A stretch of DNA of 59,430 bases, the filler included. It is 5 parts of 5 records of this genome, joined end to end, with 100 filler letters (N's around TTAATTAATTAA, not from the genome) between each part and the next. Parts side by side here need not be neighbours in the genome. Positions count along the whole stretch, not along the records: positions 33,675 to 47,803 come from DRR378314_1477; 4 more parts are not named here. One strand, 5' to 3'. How positions within the stretch are numbered: the first letter of the stretch is position 1; each line of letters starts with the position of its first letter. The notes under the pieces were generated by a model. It did no database searches and was not told where the DNA came from. It saw only the letters and a program-made list of their open reading frames with translations. The position numbers were made by a program, and so were the translations under genes. Of the stretch, positions 35,446 through 45,213 are shown piece after piece.

Positions 35446-38328
35446 ATGGCCTTGAATACGGGACACTATCAGGCCGAATCGGCGTTTACAATGGCTACAT
35501 CATCGCCATATATACTGCACAACTCTGCAATGTGGACGAAATCTGGCAGCGAGGAAACTCCTGCGCCTCGGCAAGAAGTACGGTACCGTGGCGCCGTGTT
35601 TTTTTTTCTCGATCTCCACGCAACGGTGGAAAACGAAATCAGCGAGGTCGCGTGTGCTGCAGCCTCGTGGGGAAACGGATCGCTGCAGCTCGTGAACCGG
35701 TTTACAGAAAACGGGGGCCCAGATATTACATCATCTCTGACAAGGTTTTTCGCTGCCACACTGGAAGATCACAATGCGTTTGGTGTGCTCTGCGCGTACG
35801 ATGGACGAGCACGAGTCTTTCCTGCGTTGTGTGCGGCAATGCGCAACGCGGCGCAGCCTTTCCCACCGGGAATTGCCACTGCCATCGATGGCCGCGCGCT
35901 GGTACGCGCCACGCGATGCCTGTGCATTGGCAGCAAACGCCCAGATAGCGATGCATTGCGCGACATCCATCGTTTCCTCTTCCTTTCTCCTCTTGTACAC
36001 GATTTTTCAGTACCTGATTGCGCGGCCGCGCTCTTTGAGATTTGCAGCCACGAGTACGTGCTTTCACACCTTGTGCTCTGCACTCGCGCTGCCGCGCCCT
36101 CGGTGTGCGTGCCCGTTCTTGACGCCGGATGGCCGCGTAGTTTCCTCCCGAGCGCGCTGCACCTGAGCAGAGCCTCGCGGTTGCACCACGCCGTCAGCTG
36201 TGGGATGTCTGGACAAAGAGATGATTTTGTGGGTATGCGGAGCCGCGACATCCTTAGCGCGTTACTGGAGGTAGGCGGAGGCGTCCAGGGCGTCAAAGCC
36301 GCGCGCAAGACGAGCGACTCACGACGCTTCGCCCACGGTACAACGGGCGCTTCCCTCCTGTACGAGTCCGATGCTATGCAAGTTGATGAAGAAGACACAT
36401 CTGCGATTGCTCTTCCCGCTCAAGCGGATGATCGCTCCGGATGGATGCCGGATGTTGAGCTGGGCGTCGTCGACGAGCATCCCAGGCTGACGCGAACCGC
36501 CCCCACTGTAAAACTGCATTCTCGCACTTCGCGCTCCGAAGTTTTCGACTTGCTCTGGTGCCCCGTGGAGTCCCTTATACTTACGTACACCAACCAAAGT
36601 GCTGCACGACAGAGCGCAGCCCGCCAACTGGGCGCGTTTGCGAAATGGCTCGGCGCAACGCGCTCGCAGCGGCAGCTGAGCGCTGCCAGAAGCAGCGTTA
36701 CGCCGTCGTCCATTTTTACCGTCTCGGCGAGCACTCCCGGTCAGCATTCGGAAACCGCCTCAGAGACCAAACCTTTTGTTATGCCATGCCACGCGTGGCA
36801 TCCCATTTCTTCTCATGAGTTCCGTGTCTTCGTTGGCCTCATGATATTGACGACTGTAAAGGGCGGCTTCAGTGTGGCAGTGCGTGACTGGTGGTCGCAG
36901 GAACCAGGGCGTGGCTTCGATGTTGCTCGCCGTGCCATGTCGCGCGCGCGCTTTCTCGCTATTGCCGCGCATGTGCGTGTAACCGATCCAGCCAAGGACG
37001 ACCAGCTTGACACGGCTGCCGCTTTTACTTCTGCCCTTTCGCCAGCGGCCAAAGTGCTCGCGACTCTCATGCGTGCGTTTCGCTCCGCTTTCGAGCCAGG
37101 GAGCGGCGTTTTCTTGAGCGACGCGGAAACTACTCTCGTCGTACCGCGCGCTCGACGCGCTGGCGTGGGAAAATATGACATGGAATCGTCGGGTGCTCGC
37201 AAGACAGTCAACCCTGACTCTGTGCGGATCGCAACTGCTGTCGACGAAGAGACTGGGTATCTTGTCACCGTTGCGCTGAGCTCGGCCGTTTGTGCGCCAT
37301 GGTCCCCGCACGCGGCGAGCCCTTCGCATGCAGCTGGTGCGGCGAGCCGTGCCGAAGCGCACTCATTTCGCGCAAAGGCTAACAGCGCAGATGCAGGAAC
37401 TGATAAAACGGAGTGTACAGTGCAGGAAGAGTTCGCCTTGGGACGCCGCGCAGCTACTGCGGCTTGCGCAGCCTTCGCGGCTGCGAACGAGTCGAGTGTC
37501 GTGGTGACCGGAAGCAGCCTCTCGTCGCTGCGGCTGTTTTCGCTGCTATACCGCCGCAACCTATGCGCGTTTGGTCGGATCATTCCTTCGCGTGCTGGGT
37601 TTCCGCTTGATTTGTTTCCGAGCAGTGGGCGTGCAAGTGCGTCCGTGGGGACGAGCTACATGCTCGTCCGCGATGGTCTGTGCGCGATTGCGCGCAAGGG
37701 CGACGGGCTGGTGCACATGATCTCGTCGCTTCCCACGGCGTCGCAAGTGCTGCGAGACCGCGCAAAAGCAACTTCGCTATGCACCGAGACAGAGCGGGAA
37801 GCAGCACCATCGGAGGCGGCTTCGCTGTGTAAGCTACTCGACGAGGCGGCGGTGCCGGGTGCCGCGGAACATGCGTGGGAACGCGCGGTCTTTCACTGGG
37901 CCCTTGGCGCAGTGCTCAAGAACGCGGCGATCCTCTTCCAATTGTCTTCCAAGTCCTCTCACGGCTCGGTCGCAAGTGACTTTGTGTGGCACATAGGAAC
38001 ATCGCTGGCAAAGAATGGGCGGACGGTGTGCCACCCGCCGCAGTCGGAAAAGTCGCACCGTCTGGTCCACGTTGGGCCGCAGGGGGAGCAGAAGCAGGCG
38101 TCGCGGAGACCGGCACTGCGTTGCTTCGTGTGTTCGCACAGTAGGAAGCGCGAAGCACGGACGGTGTATCAATGCGAATGTTGCGAGGTGCCAATGTGTG
38201 GTCCAGGGCGCCCGCACGATTGTTTTGGGACGTTTCACGAGAACCTCGACTATTGGCTACATCTGGCGCGCTCGAAGCGCCGCCGCGTGCGAAAGCAACG
38301 GCCCGAGCACGATACGTTGAGTCCCTAA
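35446..38328 (+). CDS. PiggyBac transposase-derived protein with an N-terminal DEDDh exonuclease-like domain and a C-terminal Cys/His-rich zinc finger; probably domesticated and catalytically dead
   Basis: Uninterrupted ~960-aa ORF. PiggyBac core blocks in order: LILTYTNQSA, WHPISSHEFRVFVGLMIL, DWWS, MSRARFLAI, VDEETGYL, SLRLFSLL...AFGRI...RAGFP, WERAVFHWAL...NAAILF. C-terminal CFVC...YQCECCEVPMC...DCFGTFH. Confidence 0.85.
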   Translation: MALNTGHYQAESAFTMATSSPYILHNSAMWTKSGSEETPAPRQEVRYRGAVFFFLDLHATVENEISEVACAAASWGNGSLQLVNRFTENGGPDITSSLTRFFAATLEDHNAFGVLCAYDGRARVFPALCAAMRNAAQPFPPGIATAIDGRALVRATRCLCIGSKRPDSDALRDIHRFLFLSPLVHDFSVPDCAAALFEICSHEYVLSHLVLCTRAAAPSVCVPVLDAGWPRSFLPSALHLSRASRLHHAVSCGMSGQRDDFVGMRSRDILSALLEVGGGVQGVKAARKTSDSRRFAHGTTGASLLYESDAMQVDEEDTSAIALPAQADDRSGWMPDVELGVVDEHPRLTRTAPTVKLHSRTSRSEVFDLLWCPVESLILTYTNQSAARQSAARQLGAFAKWLGATRSQRQLSAARSSVTPSSIFTVSASTPGQHSETASETKPFVMPCHAWHPISSHEFRVFVGLMILTTVKGGFSVAVRDWWSQEPGRGFDVARRAMSRARFLAIAAHVRVTDPAKDDQLDTAAAFTSALSPAAKVLATLMRAFRSAFEPGSGVFLSDAETTLVVPRARRAGVGKYDMESSGARKTVNPDSVRIATAVDEETGYLVTVALSSAVCAPWSPHAASPSHAAGAASRAEAHSFRAKANSADAGTDKTECTVQEEFALGRRAATAACAAFAAANESSVVVTGSSLSSLRLFSLLYRRNLCAFGRIIPSRAGFPLDLFPSSGRASASVGTSYMLVRDGLCAIARKGDGLVHMISSLPTASQVLRDRAKATSLCTETEREAAPSEAASLCKLLDEAAVPGAAEHAWERAVFHWALGAVLKNAAILFQLSSKSSHGSVASDFVWHIGTSLAKNGRTVCHPPQSEKSHRLVHVGPQGEQKQASRRPALRCFVCSHSRKREARTVYQCECCEVPMCGPGRPHDCFGTFHENLDYWLHLARSKRRRVRKQRPEHDTLSP

Positions 38329-39806
38329 CCCGGCGAACTTGCCCAACGAGCCTGGAGCGCATCGTTGCCGCGATATGGCCTGTGGGGCCGGTGAAATAAT
38401 GGAAAAGATCAACTCGCATGCGCTGTGCACGTGCATCGCAGAATTAAAGGGCGAGGCAGCACGAGCTACGCGAACATCTTCGCCAGGCCACGGCCGCTAC
38501 ACCATTTCTGTACGCAGCAGCAAGGGTGCGACGCGCATGGCGCGTACGTCCGTAGCTCTGTGCCCCCCGACCTGCGCGTTCCGTCAAAAGGAGCGGCACA
38601 CTGCGGCGGACACATGCAGAAAGATATTATTTCCAGAGAAGAAGCGCAACGCCTGCGGGTTAGTGGGCGCCGTGATGGAGGATTTCGTGCTCGCAGAAAT
38701 GACTCCATGCTAGTGCGGAGCGAAGACTCTACTGGTCGGGACACGACGCGCGCGCGAGCTGCTGCCCAGCCCGCTGCGTGCGCTCGCATGCGTCGCACCA
38801 CGGTGTTTCCCGGCTTCTCGTTTGGGGGGTAGTCGTTGTCGTTGACAATGCGTTTTTCCTCTTAATTGCATGCTGTGCCAATACAGGCCCGGGGAGTTGC
38901 CAAGGCGAGAACTACCTTGCTTGGGAAACGTGAGCGCGTTTTGCTGTATCCCCAGTCGCTGTGTAGCGTTTGCCTCTGTGGAGCTTGTACAAAACGCGTA
39001 CGGGCGGGAGGCTGTGCGCGCATTTCAATGCGTTTTATTCCGGACTCTCATGCTTCTTCAAAGTGTGTTTCTTTCGTGTGACTTTTCAACGCACAAGCAT
39101 GGAATAAAAGGTTGCATTCGTATCTAGCTGCGGCAGCAAAAGGAAAAGAAAAGGAGGTCGCCTATCCACGTCAGCGAAAGTGCCCCTCGCCCGGCGCGTG
39201 TCGTGCAAAAAACGCCATGGCAGCCCCACGGGCGTCGCGCGCAGCGCACGTCACGGCTACAGCTGGGACGGGGGCGCCCACGAAGGCCTCGCAGCGTAGG
39301 AAACCGCGGTGCGCGCGAAACTGGCTTGCCAGGCTACGCAACCATGATGTACGGATCGAAACCATCCATGTTTGGCATGGACCGCGCCTGGAGCGCTCCA
39401 GGTTCGGCGGCGGCAGCTGCTGCCGCGTCAGACGCTCGCTCTTGCGCGACCGGCGGAGGCGCGCGGCCCTTTGTGCAGAGGCGGGGGAAGGCTGGCAAGA
39501 AGGGAGCTAGGCGGATGAGGGCCGAAGCAGTTGGAGGATACGCTGCACGCCGCGCAACGCTGGAAATCCTCTGCTCCTTGGGGCGGACTTCCTAGCCCTA
39601 CCAACGGCGACCAAGAAATGCGGCCAGTCTCTCACTGCAATGATATTCTGCACGTTGCTGTTTCGCGTTCGCGCAGCGGCGATTCGCCGACGCTCGACGC
39701 AACCACGACGTAGAGGCGGGAGCAGGCCAACCAACCCCCGGTCGTTCGCGAACCCGCGTGTGCGCGCGGTGCCACGTGCTCGACACGATCCGCGCGCGTC
39801 GGTAGC

Positions 39807-42800
39807 ATGACGTCACTGCAAGATCCCGGTAGGCGCGAAAATGCCCGTACAGTACGGTTCCATGTTTTTGAACGGAGGAGGGGCGAGAAGTTCGAGCAAG
39901 TCGAGACACCTGCGCAAGGTGCGTGCAAACTGCGACTTTCCGCGCGCGCGAGAAGCAAGCCTGTACCTCTTCGCCTCGCTGGCAACAGGTCTCTCGCTTC
40001 TCCTTCAGAACGTGCGACGCCGCTGCGACGCTGCGCGCATTCTTCACGGGCGCCGGTGTATTGCATAGAAGATCTCTACACCACTTCCAAGCTCACAGCG
40101 TAGTTTGTGCGGACTATTTTCTTGCCCTGGTGCAGGAAGCTCTGCCATTGGAGTGATTGAGCTGTGCGATCAGACGCGCGGATACAACGTATTGTGCCAC
40201 GACGTGGAAGACAGCCTTCGCGACGCGCTCGGCCAAGCGGAGCAGCTTGCGCCGCAACTCGCTGCCGTGTGTATTGCATCTTGCCACGAAAATTGCTTTG
40301 TTTTCGGTGCAGATGTTGCAACCGAAGTGGCGATACGGTCGTCGCGAGACGGTTGCGCGCTCAGCCTGCGCGTAAAGGCGCTGTTCTGTAGGCTCGCCGC
40401 GCTGCCCTGCCCGACCGTTGCGGTCATTCGTGGCGGGTGCCTCGGCGGCGGCCTGGAGCTCGCGCTGCACTGCGCCTTTCGCGTTGCCGACGAGCACGGC
40501 AAAACAAGGATTGGATTGCCGGAAGTGAAACTCGGTGTGATTCCGGGCGGCGGAGGGTGCGCGATCTTGCCTCACATAGTCGGCTACGCCACTGCTGCGG
40601 ACCTGCTCGCGTCTGGACGGTCGCTCAACGCTCGCGGAGCCAAGGCGACTGGCCTCGTGGATGCCATCGTGCCGTGCGCCCGCTTCATCGACAGTCATCC
40701 TCCTGCATGGCTCTCCGCCGTGTTTGATCTTGTACATACACGTGCGGCATGCATACCGAATGCGGCCCGGATGTTCGACCCAGCAGGCGCTGTACGCCGC
40801 GGCTGCGCCATCGCCGAGGTTGTCGAGAACGCGGCGGCGGTGCGCGGGTCCAACTGTGCCACAAACGCTCCCCTGCTTGCTCGGGTCGCCAATGCCAGCC
40901 CAATAGCGCGTGCTGTGCGTGCCTATGCATGCGCTGCAGTTGCCAAAAAGGTAGGCACCAGATACAACGCCCCCTTCGAGGTACGCTATCGCTGTGCGCG
41001 GATGGTTGCGCATGCGCTCGCTGAATGGTGAAGACTCCTTGCGCAGCACGCAAGGCGCAACCTCGGGCAGGCACCGGCGGCGTACCAACGGCACACGGCG
41101 TGGGTCCGGGAATTCTGCGGAAGCCTCACCTTTGCAAACTCGGCTGGATATATATGCTGTTCAAGGCTAGTATGTATCATAATGAATTTCTCCTTACGGG
41201 CGTGTACGCTTCCGAATCGCTTTGATGTGCAGGCGCTGCGCGTTGCGTTCTGGTCGCTCTCGCAGCCGGCGCTGGCGTATGCGGACGAGAGCAGCACGTT
41301 TGGCATGACCGTCGTTACGCCAGAAGCCAAGGCGCTGTCGGGCCTGTTCTTGTCAGGACAGGTGCTCAAGCGCGCATGGCGCGGTGTTTGCGCAGTGCCT
41401 GCGATGGAAAGTCTTCGGAAACGTGTCGCTGACGGCGAGGCTGTTCATGTGTGTGTTGTGGGTGCGGGCTACATGGGGAGCGGAATCGCGCTCCATATGC
41501 TGCAGCGCGGCCTACGAGTGACCCTCGTGGACACGAGCCCAGCGGCTCTTGACAAATTCATGCGGAATGCAAATGCAAAGCGGCACCTTGTCACGGCATG
41601 TATGTCGCTGCGTGACGTCGACTGGGTGTCTGTGGAGATTGTACTCGAATCAGTGACCGAAGATATCGCACTGAAAAGGTCCGTTGAGCGAGACGGTGGA
41701 CATTGGGACTCTTTTGATCCCTTGCACGGCGCCCTTATTTGTATCGATGTTCTGAGATATAGGACTGAACGCCCCTCTATCGGCAGCGGCTGTGGTAGAA
41801 GGATGAAATGTGGCAGAGCTGGGCGCGTCCTGGTAGAGCGTGTATAGCCAAGCGCGCGGCTGGCACACGGTCGCTCGCAGCATGGACCTGGTTGGGCGCG
41901 GCGTGATTTCGAGCTCCCCAAATAGCAACTGTTGAGGTTTCAGGAAACGGAAGTCTGTAGATGCGGGTCGATCGCGGTGCATCATGCACATTGCAGCGTG
42001 CAAACAGCGCGCCATCTCGCATGAATGCAACACGAGTGCGGGACACGCGCGCAGGATTAGGATGCGGCTCCTGCATTCTGAAGCACTATCCTGCCTGTTT
42101 CCATACGCGCGTCACACGCACTTCAAGTACACAGAGATGCGGCGTCTGCCACTGCGTAGGGCTAGGCGAGTGGCGTCTGCCTTCGCTCGCCACAGCGCTG
42201 CGGAGCGCTGCCTTCGCACGCTGCGCCGCAGTGGCGCCCGTGTCCCAACACTGTACACCTGCCGATCTCGTCTCGCAGCAGCGGCTTTACGAACGCGAGT
42301 GGGCGCAGCCGCTCTCGATGTCCATATCGTGCGGGCCCCTACGGTCGCAGCCTTCTCACAAAGGGCGACGCTTCCGTGTTTATTGTGTCCGCGCGCAGGG
42401 CATTGTTTGCAGAGCTCAAGGAGCACGCCACGGCGGATACCGTACTGCTGTCGAATACGTCGTCGATTCCATTGCACGAACTCGCCGAAGGGGGCCGAAT
42501 TGTGGGGTTTCACTGCTTCCATCCGGAGAGAAATCGAACCCCTGTCGTGGAAATTCCTGTGCCAGGACTGCCGCTTGGCGCCGAGATAGTGCCTGCGCAA
42601 TCCAGCAATCCCGACCATGTCTCCTGCGCCGCCTCGCTGGCCCTCCGCCTCGGCAAGACGCCGGTACTTGTGCGTGGTGACGCGAAAGCGTTCGTTGCCA
42701 ACAGATTACTCGCAACATACCTGGTCGCCTCGACCGCCTTGGCTTGCGCCTCGACGCTCCCGCTAGCCGAGGTACGCTATCGAATTCGATGTTTGTATGC

Positions 42801-44276
42801 ATGCGGGACTCTTGCGCACATGTAGAATAAGCCGAGTACGATGCCAACACGTAGGGAAACGCTGCCGGTGAACGCCGCCACAAGAGCTGCTTCCGCGATC
42901 ACGCAGTGCGGCCTCTTGCCGTGCATCTGCGCAAGAACCATGGAGCTCCAACGGGTTGGCAGGGAAGTTTGCGCTCGTTGATCTCGATCAAGGTTCACGC
43001 TACTGGCTCTGTTGTAGGAATTTGTGTCGTTTTGCGACTTATCCGTGCTGTATTCAAATTTGGGGGGGGAATACGTTAGGCCGGGCGCGGTGAAGCTCGC
43101 CCGGCGTGCGCATATTCTGCTCTGGCGCGTAGGAGAACGGTTCGCCACGTGCCACACAAGCAACCCCAACGCTGTGCAAATTTTCTCTTTCTACAGCATA
43201 CTCTTCGCATACTGGAAGCTTTACAACCTGCAAAAAAGCAGTCGCCGTTGTGGATTAGCGGGGTAGCTCTGTTGCATGGCGCTACCCAACGTGCGCGCCA
43301 GTGGGAGCGCGAACCTCGTTCTCACGCCCACGCAAGGCTCAGGCGCAGCTCCGAGCTGGCTGCCGCTGGCGACGCTCGCGTCGCCTGTCCCTCGCCACCT
43401 TCCCCCGCCCCCGGTTTCCCAAACGTAAGTTTTTCAGAATCGCCATACCAGCCCACCATATTCCAACATCATGCATGTCACTGTTGCATGACGTCTGCCT
43501 GCGCGTTGTAGGCAATCACTCGCGTAGAGAGGAGCTGCTCTGCGTTCGGGTTTGTTGTCGGCCCTTTCACAGCGCTCGATCGGGTTGGCCTTGCGACGGC
43601 TAGCAAAGTCGCCACGCTCGCCGCACAGGCCCTTCCACATGCATCAACGTTTACAAAGGAAATCGAACATGTTCTGACGGACATATATGCCCATGGGATA
43701 CGGGGTGGTCACAAAAATCCGGGCATTCTTCTCTGCCCGCGCCGTGCTGCGCGTGCAAACCCGCGCGCGGTAGATCATTTGCAGCGCTTGGCAGATGCAT
43801 TGGGGGGCGCTGTAGATCCGCTTCGTGTCGATCAGGGCTACATCATTGCCAGCGCTATTGCCGCTGAAGCAGCGCGATGTGTTGACGCTGGTCTGTGTCC
43901 GCAAGAAGCCTGTGATGTTCTCTCCGTTCTCGCGGTGGGTTTTCCGCCGTTCTGGGGCGGTGCGCTCGCGTTTGCACGAGGCGAAGGACCGGGCAACGTC
44001 CGCAGCGCGCTGCGGACTGTCAGCTGCAAGCACTCTTGGCTCAAAGGCGTGTTCGCATGCCCCGCATCTATTGCACGACACACAGCTGCGATGTATCCAG
44101 ATCGTGCTCCAGCAGCGCATTTGCCGCGCGAAAGTGGAGAACAAATGCTGCACGCTGCCCGCGCGCAGCCCTCTGTTGTAGCGGCACTTGTCTGGGCCGG
44201 TGCGTACGCCTCTGCGCTATGCGGTATCGTCACTGCCGCTGTGGTGGCATGGCGTAGAGCGCAGCCAGTTGTATAG
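39807..44276 (+). CDS. Multifunctional fatty-acid beta-oxidation enzyme (enoyl-CoA hydratase + 3-hydroxyacyl-CoA dehydrogenase), 5 exons (39807-39918, 40136-40980, 41233-41678, 42399-42771, 43512-44276), ~846 aa
   Basis: Hydratase motifs FVFGADV, GGCLGGGLELAL, IGLPEVKLGVIPGGGG. Dehydrogenase motifs VVGAGYMGSGIA, ESVTED, SNTSSIP, GFHCFHP, LGKTPV, FVANRLL, GPFTALDRVGL. Splicing is phase-consistent. Confidence 0.9.
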
Positions 44277-45213
44277 AGTTTTCGTATGCAACGACTGTGG
44301 CAGCGTCGTTGGTGTTATGTTGGCAGTTGCTTGGTGAATACGTGCAACTATACGACCAGCCAAGGTCGGCGCTGCGACAGTATCGTCCTGAACCGCTCGC
44401 GCGCCATTATTTCCTGCCAAGTATGTGCTCGCAGCAGCACTGTGTGCAGTACATTGCGCTCTCTCGATGATCGAAATATGTACATTTCCAAGCGGACTGC
44501 GAAATTTCAATTCATGCGCGGTGGCTTGGACCGAGCACCTCGTGCCCGCTCACCCGGATACTTGCACGGCCAAACGGGTGGCGATGTAAGAATAAAAAGG
44601 AAGGGCAGGCTAGCGTACACAGCCCCTTGCCGCTGCTGCGCACGCGTTCGTTCACGACCTTGCAACAGGCAGCACGTCACGTTTTTAACGCGTACGAGAG
44701 CGTCGGCCAGCGATCGCATGTATGATAAACCTTTGCAAGCAAGGACGCGCTGCGCATCCATCAGAGCGCCGTGCGCAGCCTGCTGTGCCTTTGCGCAGGT
44801 TACCATGGGCGTGCCGGGCAACGTGGGTCTACGCTTTCGAGCTCTCCGGGGACTTCGAGGACCAAAATTGCGGTATGTAGCCGTGCATGGACCGTTGTTT
44901 CGTCAACGAGCACGGGCTAAGCATGCCAGAGAAGAAAACTTCCAGTACAATATGAGAGCTGCAGAACTCCGAGCTCTGCGTTTGGGCAGCGCGCCCATAA
45001 TTCTCCACACTCCGCTCCTTCACACGCCAAACAAATCGTCGAACTGCTCTTAAGAGAGGGCCTACTGCAATATCTTTCTTGCATCGCGCTTAAGTCACGC
45101 ACCACGCTCGTAATGCAGCACACAGTACCGCAGCTGTGCTGCAACTCTTTGCACGGCGGACTCGCCGAGATGAAGAGGGCCTCGCGGTGACAGAAATAAA
45201 AATTCATGATTAC

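Noticed and set aside
35400-38870. Active, autonomous piggyBac element
   Set aside because: No TTAA-bounded terminal inverted repeats were seen by eye and the catalytic aspartates look substituted.
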